Origin: Styela clava
Lineage: Eukaryota
Length of the DNA: 64,000 nt
Direction of reading: 5' to 3'
Assembly: GCF_964204865.1 (NCBI RefSeq)
Contig: NC_135254.1
Location: 4,774,001-4,838,000, forward strand
Part shown: positions 25,021-36,903 of the stretch, piece by piece
Numbering within the stretch: the first letter of the stretch is position 1
Layout: each line of letters starts with the position of its first letter
Made by a program: the position numbers and the translations under genes
Notes under the pieces: model-generated
Told to the model about the DNA's origin: nothing
Database searches by the model: none
Seen by the model: only the letters and a program-made list of their open reading frames with translations

Positions 25021-26136
25021 TAAAGTTAATTGAATTTTGTTATTTGAACACTACTAAAAACTACTCTATCACACTAGCCTACTTAATTATACAGCATCTC
25101 AGTAAGGAATCACTTGAACAAAACAGTAGGTTGTGATACAAAATTGCAGTGCTCAAATTGAATCATAAATTTCAACTGGCTAAATACAGTAGATAAAACT
25201 GTTCAAAGAAAACTTTAATATAATATAAATCTGCATTATTAAATAAGTATAACATACACCCAAACAAATCTGCATTGGTATTTGTTCTTAGATGAATGGG
25301 ACAGCAAATGTTTTTTCAAATAATGATAGTCAAAGTGGTTCATATCAAAATTCTAAAACATATTCCTATATAAATCTCTGATTCAGGAAGAATAATATTG
25401 TTCCACAAATACACTGAATAAAGAGATTACTGAAATTGTTACTGGTATTATTAAAAAAATTCTCTAATATATTATCTTATGGGGGCTTAACCTTGAGTGA
25501 TGGAGTACAGCAACTATAGAAAAAGCTATCAGTAACCATTATAAACCTTTAATTTAAAAATAATAAAGTTGTATTTGTCTATTGGTGAATAGGTTTTGCA
25601 CTTTTAAAACTCAAAATCTTAATATTGAAGGTATGATGGCCAAGCAGTAAACTTGTTTGACATGAGGGTTCAAAAACCATTGTTCAAGGATAACTAAGGA
25701 TATCTATTAAACCAGAAACTTAGGAAACAAAAAAAACTGACTAATCGAGGCATTATCTGTTTTAAAGCATATACAGCAGCAATCCTATAGATAAAAATAT
25801 CAGTAAACTTCAGGATTTCATTATTCGCTGTTTAAGATGGAAATAGGCTAATTTAACTAACTAGTAACTTATAATTAATGTATTGCTTTGTCTGCCTGCA
25901 CTGAAGAACAAAGAGCAGACTATTATTTCATGACCATTCTTCTGTATCACTCGAACATCATCCGATATATACTATGGATACTTCAAAACGACTTAATCCC
26001 GAATCTCCAAGTACATCACGGGATGAAGACAGTACTCTTATGGCAGTTATAACCAGAACAATCCTTCGCCACGTTCTTATACAATTACCTTCGATGATTG
26101 ACGAATGTTTGGCCACCAAACAATCACCATCTAGTC

Positions 26137-28328
26137 CAGTGATTCTCAAACTAGGGTTTGAGAGCCGCATGCGGCTCTCGACAACCTTTCCTGCGGCTCT
26201 TGTTGATGCTCCAAAAATTAATTACTTTCAAAGAAAATTTTTCATTGAAAACTCATCATTGACCTGAAATTAAAATTCGGAAGTCTATTTGTAAGTCGAA
26301 TGGATTCCCCCGTGTTTATTAGCGTAGCGTTGACTAATCTACAAGATGCAATAGTGACGCAACAGTAAGCATTTTCGCGGCCACTCGGACACTTTCACTT
26401 GCAAAGATTTTAGACATGGCTGTAATCATTGGCTTGCTTTCGTGGATTTTCAGTTTTTGTCGCATTTTCAAATATTATGTATAAATCAAATAACTCAATG
26501 ATTATTTAAATTTTTAGAGCATTTTAATTTTGTTCCAACAATCGAAAATAGTCCCGAAACATCTGGTGATCATATCAAGCAGCTATTGCACCTTTCATCC
26601 TCCACGATTACAACCCACTTTGACAAACTTATTAGAAATCAAAGCCAAATTAAATGGCTGTTAGGGTAGGGTGGGCAAAATCGAATCTTTTTTCGAATCG
26701 AATAATTTGAATATTGTTAACGAATACCGAATAGTCGAATAATGAATATTTTTATACATAACAGGGATCCAAAAAGTCGGAGGTCAATACTCCATTTGGA
26801 AAATAATAGAAACATTGAATAATTGACAATAAAGCTTTTTTTTTACTGGTCAATGGTTTATTTCATCATAATCCGCTGACTGTCTTTGTCGCCGCGATCG
26901 TTTCGGCAGCGATATCCTAAAGTTGGTTTTATATATTCCCGACCTTTAAGGGGTCGCCGTATTACAAGTTTCATATTTCTAGTATACCCTTGCGTTCACA
27001 TCAGCGACAGCTGTTGAATACATTAAGGGCTGATTTCAAAACCAAATCAATTTTAGTTTTATCCGCTGCCGTGGAATTGATCTTCCTTATCACCGCTTGT
27101 AAATTAACTGTGCCTGTTTAAAGTGAACTGTAATAACCGAGACCAGTAAGTGAGTTTCTCATGCTTTTCTATGGTGTTCGTGTTATTTTAGTATTAGATA
27201 GACAAACCTAGCAAATTTACGATTGCGTGAATCCTGAATGTTGGATTATAACTAATTCCTTCAAGTTTTAACGATTTTATTTCAACAAAACAACACCCCG
27301 ATGGTTATTATAGCTAAAATACTTACTGAGTAATGCTCAATTTTCTTTACGAAATTTGCAAATTCAGCATTTCACCTAATGATTTTGAATAGGTCATGCC
27401 GTAAGGCTTAATTATTATGCCTAAATGCTTCAAAATTTAACAATTGTAATCATTTTCGACGATAATAGACGCAACAATTCGTGAACGAATCAGTGTGCAT
27501 TGTCACAACGAAATTCACGATAGATTTTACGTTCTACTCTTGGCTCAACGGCTATGCATGGTCGAGTAAAATGTTTACATATTCGAAACATTACTTGGCC
27601 ACGGATAAAGAGCTAATAGAAAGTGTTTAGGGAGTAGGACATGACATTTCTTATCTGGTTACAACTTAATGAGTGTTTTTCATACAAATAACTCATACCA
27701 GCTTTTGGAAAAACTTTTGGTCATTTTTGAAAATCCATGCTATTCATATACCTAGAGTTTTCTAACGACCTAAAATCGCCTTTTTCACAATGAAACGCCG
27801 AAAAGTGATTTCAACTTTTAATTTTAATCAACTTTATGTTCGGTAATGCAAGAAAAGGCTAATGACTTGTCACCAAGCATGCGGAGTTTGAAATCTGGGG
27901 AATTTATTTTAAATAACTAATCTGGTTTGAAGTTTCTAAATTTTCAGAACGGTCGGATTTGCAAAATATGGAATTGAAACGATACGTTAAGTGCAAAGAT
28001 AAACGAACGACTTTTCAAATTTGTCACCATTGGGAAATCTCGCACAATTCACGATTGAGTTGGAGACGCGCGAGTTCGGTGTCCAAGCAGAGCGGCGCAG
28101 GTCACGTGGTACCGGATATTCGAATAGTAAAATGCCATTCGAATATTTTAATATTCGAATATTTTGCCCAGCCCTAGTTGTTACGTGTGTTGTTGTTACG
28201 ACGACTTGGTATTTTTAATACGCGCTCAAGGTTTGTTGCTTTTTTACTTTGCGTTGTTTGTGTGCGGCTCTTCATAACTTTGAGGTTTGAAATGCGGCTC
28301 TGGGACTAAAAAAGTTTGAGAACCACTG
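26137..28328. mobile_element. Charlie-like hAT MITE inserted in LINE A ORF1
   Basis: TIRs CAGTGATTCTCAAACT / AGTTTGAGAACCACTG, perfect TSD ATCTAGTC (26129-26136, 28329-28336), TGCGGCTC subterminal repeats. Confidence 0.92.
26667..28176. mobile_element. Non-autonomous hAT element (TAGGG termini) nested in the previous MITE
   Basis: TAGGGTGGGCAAAAT / ATTTTGCCCAGCCCTA with clustered CGAAT subterminal repeats at both ends. Confidence 0.78.
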
Positions 28329-29176
28329 ATCTAGTCCATCAGATTCTTCTCATATCACCACCAGCAGTTTCCAACATATTTTGAATTCATCTATGAAAGA
28401 AATGATAACCGAACTTGGTACGATAGCCTCCAGACTGAACTAAAAGACAGTCAGAAATTTTTATCTGACAAATTTGATTCCATCAACAACACTCCTAATT
28501 CCACTCAAGATTTGGTTAAAAAACAACAAAAAAAATTCAAAACCTAGAAGAACTTGTAGAAGAGCTTGAGGATGAATGTGACCACCTTGATGAGTGAGTA
28601 GAAGACCAAGAAAGAAGACCGCGATTAGAATGCCTCGAGTTTCATGGAATTACATATAAAAATAATGAAAACACTGACTTACTTGTATGCAATCTGTCTA
28701 ATCTGATTGGAGTAAAATTATCAACTTCAGATATTTACAACTCTCACAGATTATCTAACAACAACAAAGATAAACCATCTGCAATAATTGTTCGCTTTAC
28801 TTCAAGAAGAACTCGAACCAATATAATCAAGAATCGTAAAAATCTGCGAACAGCTAAGGATCCCAAAAACATCTTTAATTTCTTTAATATTTTTATTGTG
28901 GAGAATTTAACTAAATCAGCCAAATCATTGTATTTTCAAACAAGGGAACTTAAAAGACAATGTGGTTATAAATGATTATGGACTAATAATGGCAAAATTT
29001 TTATCAAGAAAAATGATGTCACTAAAACAAATATGATCAGAAATAAGGATGACCTGGCATATATCAAATAGGTCAGTCAATCTTACTAGTATTATTTTAC
29101 ATTCAGCTAGTAATGCTCATCTCTCAGCAATCTGATCTTTTATGTTATTCCTTGTTATTTTTTTATTCTCACCTAG

Positions 29177-32092
29177 ATGACCAATAATATGAATTTTGAA
29201 TGCATTAATATCGAAGTTTCAATTCAACTAGAATGTTTTCGGATCTAATTATTTTCCATTCGAATATTCGCTCTTTTCAGACAAACATTGATCAATTACC
29301 TTTTTCATTATCACATTTGTCAATACCCCCACACATTATAGCAATAAGCGAAACAAAATTATCAAATAACTATTCTTCTAATATTAGTATCGATGGCCAT
29401 AGCTTCATCCATTCACCATCTCCCACTAGAGCAGGTGGTGTTGGTGCATTCGTTAGAAATGATATAACTTTAACCGAAATTTTCGAATACAGAGTCCAAT
29501 ATCCGAACTGCGATAACTTGTGGCTTGAAATCGCTTTAGAAAATACTATTGATAAATTAGCAATTGGTATTATATATAAGCACCCACAAAATGACATTCC
29601 TAGTATTACAGATATTCTCGAATTATGTTTAACTAAATTGGCAAAAAAAAATTTTCTTATTGTCGGAGTCTTTAAACATTAATCTATTTTCAGCATCCAA
29701 TGATACCCGCATAGCAAACTATGTTGATATGCTTGTGTCACGTAATGCTGTTTCTATTATATCCAAAGCCACAAGAGTAGGCCGCACAATAGCCACCCTC
29801 ATTGACAATATGTACAGCAACTTGACACATCTAAAAATTAATTCTTATGTTATGCTTTCAGATATTAGTGACCACTCTCCACACATTTGCTGTCTAAGTG
29901 GCACCAAACCCACTAGAAAAAATAATTGTATATTGTCGAGAGACATATCAAGATTTTCAACTGATGCCTTTCGATCTGAGGTTCATAACATGTTAAATAA
30001 TCGGTTTGCCCTAATTCAATTTATTGCTAATAACTTTGAAAGCATCTTTGACGAATTTATACAGTCTTTCGTCAGTTGCATTGATCGTCATGCCCCGGTT
30101 TGACCATTATCGCGTAAACAAAAACGGCTACGGTTAAAACCTTGGTTAACCAAAGGATTGATCAATAGTCTGCGGCATAGAAACAAGTTGTTTAAAACCC
30201 ATTATTTGAGAGGTAATAATGGGCCAGTGCACTTTTTTCAAAAAGTATCGAAACACATTATCTTCAGCCATAGACAAACCTAAGCAGATTTTTTACCAAA
30301 ATCTTATAGCCCAAAACAAGGGCAATCCAAAGTCAACATGGAAAATTGTAAACGAGATTACTGTTACGAAAAATAAATCGTATCATACGATGGATGAAAT
30401 TGTAGGTAGATGTCTCGATAACGACAGTATCTCAAAAGATGGTCCCTCGATCGCATCTGAATTTGATAAGTATTTTTCAACAGTCGGGTCTAGCTTAGCT
30501 GTCAAATTCTCCAATAAAGTATGTGACTTTAAGCCGTATCTTCGTAATCAAGTTAGTAAATTCATTTTCTAAATCCCGCTACTGATTCTGGCAGTGGAAC
30601 TACCTAATTTGAATGAGAGAAAGGCAGTTGGGCCGGATAACATTCCACTTCGCTTCCTCAAAGTTGTCGCAGACCTTATTGCACCGTTCTTAACAAAATT
30701 GTTCAACGGCTCACTCTCTTTTGGAATTTTCCCTTCAACTCTTAAAGTAGCTCGAGTAATCCCGCTCTTTAAATCTGGTAATAAAAAACTTGTTTCAAAT
30801 TATAGGCCAATTTCAATCCTTTCTCCAATTAATAAGATATTTGAACGTCTGATCCATGTTAGGCTTACTAATTATTTCGAAAAACATGATGTAATAAACA
30901 GACATCAATTTGGTTTTCAAAATAATCTTTCCACTTCACATGCAATTCTAGATACCATCTTTTTTATCTATGACAAATTAGAAAAAAAAGAATTTGTTAG
31001 TGCAATTTTTGTCGATTTGAAGAAGGCTTTTGACACTGTCAATCCTAATATATTAACTTATAAGTTGTGTCATTATGGCATCAGGGGTTTACCTAATAAG
31101 CTCCTCTCTAGTTACTTAAGTGATAGAAGTCAATATGTTCAAGTAGGTAAATACTGCTCTTCTACCTTACCTGTAACACATGGGGTCCCACAAGGCTCTA
31201 ATTTGGGGCCTTTATTATTCCTAATCTACACCAATGACCTTGCCAATTGTTCATCCTTCTTCTCAAAACTATTCGCAGACGACACGAATCTTCTCGATAG
31301 CGACAAAATCTCCCAGCTCTTCAGTCAAGAGTGAACAGTGAAATTTTAAAAGTAACGAATTGAATGAGGGATAACAAACTAGCTATAAACATCGCCAAGT
31401 CCGAAACTATGCTTATTTCACCGCACAAAAATAGAACTCTATTGAATTTTCCAATTCGAATTGGCAACACTCTATTAGAAAATGTCATTTCCTTTAAATA
31501 TTTGGGCATTTATTTAGATAGTCAATTGAAATGGGATACGCATATAACGAACTTGGCCGCTAAGCTATCTAAGTCGGTTTGGATCATATACAATCTTCGG
31601 CATTTTATATCGGTAACAACTTTGCGCATGGTTTATCACTCACTTTTTCAGACCCACATTCAATATGGCATAATTGCATGGGGCACAGCTGATAAAACTA
31701 GACCCATCCGTGCTGTTTCTGGTAGTGGACATCATGATCAACTTAACCCAAACTACGTTGAACTGCAAATTATTAAATTGGCAGATATTCATAAAATAGA
31801 GGTTCTGAAACTAATGCACCAACATCATAACAAAGATCTCCCTGTAACATTTTCTGACTACTTTTCGAAGCAAAGCAGTATTCATTCACACAGATCTCGT
31901 TCTTCTGCCTGTGGCTCCTACTATGTGCGTCGTTTTTCCACAAAGCGTACCCAAAATTCAATAAAATATGTAGGTTTTATGTTATCGAATTCATTATCTG
32001 AAAGTATTCGAATCAAGAATTACAATGCATTCAAACAAGCATTGAAAAATGTTTACTTTGGGGGCTATTCGTCTGTTTCTTTGAGTGGATGA
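29177..32092 (+). pseudogene. LINE A ORF2 (APE endonuclease + reverse transcriptase), disrupted
   Basis: Fragments with IAISETKL, GGVGAFV, ISDH, NYRPISIL, DLKKAFDTV, GVPQGS, LFADDT and FKYLG across several frames, with stops. Confidence 0.92.
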
Positions 32093-32880
32093 GTTTGTTT
32101 GTCAACGCACCGGTCTGCCGGTACTGTATGTTTAGCTATACCTCCCAGTTTTGTTCGGCAATGGAATGATGATTCGTACAATTTTCTTGTAAAATTGATT
32201 CAGATTCAGATTCAGATATTTATTTCCGTCATGCAAGAAATATTGTACAAATAAACAGTAAAAATAAATCGAGAGAAGAAATAACAGACGTACAATAATT
32301 CGACTGCAATAGACGAGGAGTCGCGAATAAACTATAAAGTTAACGTGTCAGCGACACCTAAATAGCTGTAAACAGCAGCAGATGAAGTTAAATAAACAGG
32401 ATTTAAACATATATATTTTTTGAATGAACACAATTTGGAAAATGTAAGTCGAATTGGGGAAGTCAGTTAGGAGAAAATAGTTAAATCGAAGATAATCATG
32501 AGAAACGAGAGAAAAACAAGAGCGCGTCAGGAGGGGAAAAAATGCTCAAATCGTCAGCGTCATGCTCGGGTCGGCACCGTCACAGCTGTCGGGCTTCTGA
32601 TTGACATGACGCTGCCTTGCGGAGATAAATTACGGGGAATTCCCAGCAAACCATAATAAGGGAATTAGTTTTGGAGGTATAAATACATAATGAAGTTTGG
32701 GCAACAGAATCACAATACGAGAGGTTAAGTACACGGCGAAGAGATTTGGGGTAACGTAGCTTGTGTAAGAATAGTGAAAATATTCAATAACGCTGGAAAT
32801 GAATGATATGAACAAATAAGAAAAACATCACATTCAGCAAAATTGTCATCAAATACAGGATTGATGACCAGTGAATTAGA

Positions 32881-35823
32881 CTACTGGATGTTATAAGCAT
32901 TGAGGTAGTGATTTTTTAATTCTTTTTTAAATGTATTATAGTTCTTAGAGCGTATGGTAACTGGAAGCATATTCCAAAGTTTTATACCAATGAACTTAAT
33001 GGAATTTTGTGTGCGGCTAGATGAATAGCGAGTCATATAATATGAGCTATTGGCAGAAGACCGAGTTGCATGAGAGTGAATGGCGCTTTGCTTAACAAAA
33101 TAGCCGGAGAATGCAGCCGGCAGTTTTTTATTATGATGTTGGTGCATAATTTTCAGCACTTCAGTTTTATAAATATCTGCATTTTTAAGTATTTTCATCT
33201 TATAATAGTAGGATTCTAAATTGCACCGAGGTCCGGCGTGTGTAAGAGCACGGATTGCCCTGTTTTGCATGACTTCAATACGATGCAGTAACATTTTGCT
33301 TGCTGAACCCCAGGCCGCAATGCCATATTGGATATGGGACTGGAACAGAGCATAATAAACCATACGTAAAGTTGACACTGAGGTGTATGATCGAAGTTTA
33401 TACAACATTCCTACCGCCTTAGATAATTTAACGGTAATGTTGGATATGTGAATATCCCAGTTCAATTTATTGTCAATATCGATACCAAGATATTTATACG
33501 ATTCCACATTTTCCAGAATAGTCCCCCCAATTTGGATTTTTAAACCATCAATGCGTTTTGGTTTTTTAGGAGTTATCAACATAGTTTTTGATTTATCCAC
33601 ATTTAATGTTAGTTTGTTAAGTTCCATCCAATGAGCAACCTTTTGTATTTCAGTTTTCACTCTGGATTGAAGCACAACATGAGACTTATCACTATCGAGA
33701 AGGTTCGTATCGTCAGCGAATAATTTGGAAAATAGAGTGGAGCTACGTGCAAGATCATTAATATAAATTAAGAACAGAGCCGGACCCAAGGACGAACCCT
33801 GGGGAACCCCATGGGTCACAGGTAAGACAGAGGAGCAATATGTACCTATTTGAACATATTGAGTTCTACTTGTCAAATAACTAGTAAGGAGTTGATTTGC
33901 TACCCCCCTAATACCGTAATGCCACAACTTATACATTAAAATTTTGTGGTTGACAGTATCAAAAGCTTTTTTAAGGTCGAGAAATGTTGCACTGACATAT
34001 TCTTTCCTCTCTAATTTATCATATATATGAGAAATAGTATCTAAGATGGCATGTGACGTGGAGTGATTGCTTTGAAAACCGAACTGTGATTTATTTATAA
34101 CATCGTGCTTTGTAAAGAAGTCCATTAGCCTCCTGTAAATTAGACGTTCAAAAACCTTATCAACAGCAGATAATATGGATATAGGTCTGTAATTTGAAAT
34201 TTGTTTTGTATTACCAGATTTGAAGATTGGAATTACTCTGGCAATTTTCAGTGAAGATGGAAATATCCCCAATCGAAGTGAATTATTAAAAAACTCAGTT
34301 ATACAAGGTGCTATGATGTCTGCCACATACTTAAGGAAACGACTGGGAATGTTGTCAGCGCCAACCGCTTTACCCTCATTGAGGCATACTATTTCCATGG
34401 TCAGTTCATTCACTGTTGCAGGACTTAAGAATATGGATTGATTTACACGCTTGCTTAGAAATATTTTAAAGCCATCCATATCATTGGAGAATTTAGTACC
34501 AGGGTTGGACCCAACAGTGGAAAAATATTTATTGAATTCTTGTGCAATCAAGGACTTATCTTTAATGGTTCTGCCATTTTCCAAATCAATTTCATTAACA
34601 CTTTTGGTTTTTTTATTTTTAGTAGATGCTATTTGATTAACAATTCGCCAAGTACACTTGGGGTTGCCTTTGTTTTGGGCAATCAATTTTTGAAAATACA
34701 TTTGTTTGGCATCTTCAATGGCATGTGTTAGTGAATTGCGATATTTTTTATAGTATGAGGATTGAGAACTATTGCCGCATAAGTGGTGAGATTTGAACAT
34801 CTTATGTCTTAAACAGATGCTGTCACGTAATTTTTTATTTATCCACGGTTTTTGCTTTACCTTTATTTGTCGACGTGACAGTGGTCTCAATGGGGCATGG
34901 CGGTTGATTAGGCAAGCAATAGAATGCATAAATTCTGCAAATAGTCTATCAAAATTATGACAATTCAAGTTTAACGCGACAAAGCGTTCATCAACTATGT
35001 GTAGTATATCTGACCGAAATTCATCGATAGAGAATGAAGACATATCCCTTGATAATATGACATCATTTATAGTGGATGGTTTAATGCCTTTAAGACAGCA
35101 CATTATGGGAAAATGATCAGTGATATCAGATGATATCACATATGAATTAACTTGCACATCTGTCATGTTTGAATACATGTGGTCTATAAGAGTGGAAGAG
35201 CTACGTGTAACTCTAGTAGGCTTTGAAATGAGAGAAATAGCATTATAGGAAGTAAGCATATCAGAATAAGATGCAATTTGGGTGTTGGTATTTGATGCGA
35301 GTAAATTGATAGTAAGATCTCCCACTATTATAAAATGTTTTTTAGATAATTTTGAGATGCACTTTTCAACAATGCTTGTAAATTCAGGAATATCACTTCT
35401 CGGATGTTTATAAATAATGCCAATGCTCATATTATTGAATACATTTGTTAGGCTAATTTCGAACCATAAGTCTTCAGAATTTGGATAATTGAGTTGATAG
35501 TCACTAACTTCACAATAAGTAATGTCGTTTCTGATGAAGGCACCCACACCCCCTGCTTTTGAAGCAGAAGGGGTATGAATGAATCTGTATCCATCAATGC
35601 TTATATTGGAGGAGTGACTATTACCGGTATGTAATTTTGTTTCACTAATTGCTATTATATGAGGGGGAATAGTGAATTTTGACAAGAGTTCAATTGATGG
35701 GTCAATATTTTTTTGAATTGATCGAATGTTGATGTGAATAATTGTTAAATCAATATCAACTGGAATATCATTCAAATTTGAAACTTCTATGTTGTCACAT
35801 AGACAATTAGAAATATTAGCCAT
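32881..35823 (-). CDS. LINE ORF2: APE endonuclease + reverse transcriptase (980 aa)
   Basis: HINIRS, IAISETKL, GGVG, VGDLT, LIDH, TDHFP, NYRPISIL, DLKKAFDTV, GVPQGS, LFADDT and YKYLG; uninterrupted. Confidence 0.96.
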   Translation of the reverse strand: MANISNCLCDNIEVSNLNDIPVDIDLTIIHINIRSIQKNIDPSIELLSKFTIPPHIIAISETKLHTGNSHSSNISIDGYRFIHTPSASKAGGVGAFIRNDITYCEVSDYQLNYPNSEDLWFEISLTNVFNNMSIGIIYKHPRSDIPEFTSIVEKCISKLSKKHFIIVGDLTINLLASNTNTQIASYSDMLTSYNAISLISKPTRVTRSSSTLIDHMYSNMTDVQVNSYVISSDITDHFPIMCCLKGIKPSTINDVILSRDMSSFSIDEFRSDILHIVDERFVALNLNCHNFDRLFAEFMHSIACLINRHAPLRPLSRRQIKVKQKPWINKKLRDSICLRHKMFKSHHLCGNSSQSSYYKKYRNSLTHAIEDAKQMYFQKLIAQNKGNPKCTWRIVNQIASTKNKKTKSVNEIDLENGRTIKDKSLIAQEFNKYFSTVGSNPGTKFSNDMDGFKIFLSKRVNQSIFLSPATVNELTMEIVCLNEGKAVGADNIPSRFLKYVADIIAPCITEFFNNSLRLGIFPSSLKIARVIPIFKSGNTKQISNYRPISILSAVDKVFERLIYRRLMDFFTKHDVINKSQFGFQSNHSTSHAILDTISHIYDKLERKEYVSATFLDLKKAFDTVNHKILMYKLWHYGIRGVANQLLTSYLTSRTQYVQIGTYCSSVLPVTHGVPQGSSLGPALFLIYINDLARSSTLFSKLFADDTNLLDSDKSHVVLQSRVKTEIQKVAHWMELNKLTLNVDKSKTMLITPKKPKRIDGLKIQIGGTILENVESYKYLGIDIDNKLNWDIHISNITVKLSKAVGMLYKLRSYTSVSTLRMVYYALFQSHIQYGIAAWGSASKMLLHRIEVMQNRAIRALTHAGPRCNLESYYYKMKILKNADIYKTEVLKIMHQHHNKKLPAAFSGYFVKQSAIHSHATRSSANSSYYMTRYSSSRTQNSIKFIGIKLWNMLPVTIRSKNYNTFKKELKNHYLNAYNIQ

Positions 35824-35910
35824 TTATCTTAGGGAGAATATGAAAAATGGATATATATACACTTGATAATATTAAAAGTTAATAAATAGACATGAATATC
35901 ATATAATAAC

Positions 35911-36903
35911 CTACTTTATTAAAAGCAGATCATCTTCAGTGATTATGGGGATGGTAGCAGTATCCAGGTTCTTTTTGATAAGAACTCTTCCATTATTTGT
36001 CCATAAAAATTTATATCCACAAGCACGCTTTAAATCCCTGGCTTTAAAAAATAGATCTTTATTGGTATCCGAAAGATTTTCGATGACAAATACTTTGGTT
36101 GACCTGGAGATTTTTGGAAAAACTGTTGAAATGTCAAGTGATTTGATTTTGCTTCGATTCTTTATTATTCGGTCTCTCGTTTTTCTATTGATAAATTTGG
36201 CAATTATTGGTGATGGTTTTTTTTTATTATTTTTTGATAATCTATGGCAGTTTGAGATGTCGAATGATTGTATGGGGACATCAATTTTTTTACACAAGTC
36301 GGTAATCAGATTTTCACAGTTTTCACCGGTTGAGAATGGTATGTTGTGTAATTCCAGGTTATCAAGTCTGGAGCGACGTTCATGGTCTTGCTGTCGCTCT
36401 GTTAAAATGTCAATTTCCTCCTCTAGTTCTTGTACTAGATTTTCTAGGTCAGCCACTCTTTTTTTTGTTTTGATTGCTAATTTTTTGAGCTCACTTTGGC
36501 TGGAACAAAGCTCATCAAACTTTTTTGACATGAAGTGCTGGCTCTCTTTTATTTCATGAATCTCATTTTTGATTAGACCGAAGGATGTTACTTCTGTTTT
36601 GATCTCGTTTATAGAGTCTTTCAAAGATGTTAAAGATTCTTCTAAGCATGCACTGTTGGTGATGGCATGTGTCGAGTCAAAAGTAGATCTTTCTAGATGT
36701 TTCTCAATATGTTGTTCAATGATGGCAAGTATCTCGATGCGTAAAGTCTTAAGGACTGTACTTTCGAGAACAGACACCAAATTTGTAACGTCGTCTAACT
36801 CAATAGTGTTGGTCATTGTTGCAGCAGTACGCATAGGTTGATTGCTTGGACTCTTTCTTCTGGGTGGTGGAGAAGGAGCGCTGGATTTGCTAGGTGTATC
36901 CAT
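35911..36903 (-). CDS. LINE ORF1 (coiled coil + RRM/CTD, L1-transposase/FP-like), 330 aa
   Basis: Heptad coiled coil followed by NLELHNIP..CHRL..PIIAKF..FVIENLS..GYKFLWTNNG; lies directly upstream of ORF2. Confidence 0.9.
   Translation of the reverse strand: MDTPSKSSAPSPPPRRKSPSNQPMRTAATMTNTIELDDVTNLVSVLESTVLKTLRIEILAIIEQHIEKHLERSTFDSTHAITNSACLEESLTSLKDSINEIKTEVTSFGLIKNEIHEIKESQHFMSKKFDELCSSQSELKKLAIKTKKRVADLENLVQELEEEIDILTERQQDHERRSRLDNLELHNIPFSTGENCENLITDLCKKIDVPIQSFDISNCHRLSKNNKKKPSPIIAKFINRKTRDRIIKNRSKIKSLDISTVFPKISRSTKVFVIENLSDTNKDLFFKARDLKRACGYKFLWTNNGRVLIKKNLDTATIPIITEDDLLLIK

Larger units (their letters stand above)
25974..29071 (+). pseudogene. LINE A ORF1 remnant
   Basis: MDTSKRLNPESP.. 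resumes after the TSD at 28337. The C-terminal part (LEFHGI..HRLS..AIIVRF..VENLT..CGYK*LWTNNG) parallels the intact ORF1 at 35911-36903. Confidence 0.8.

Noticed and set aside
35939-36841. Plus-strand ORFs of 206 and 90 aa (also 22809-23294, 7315-7614 and 34220-34731)
   Set aside because: They are antisense shadows of real coding sequence on the minus strand.
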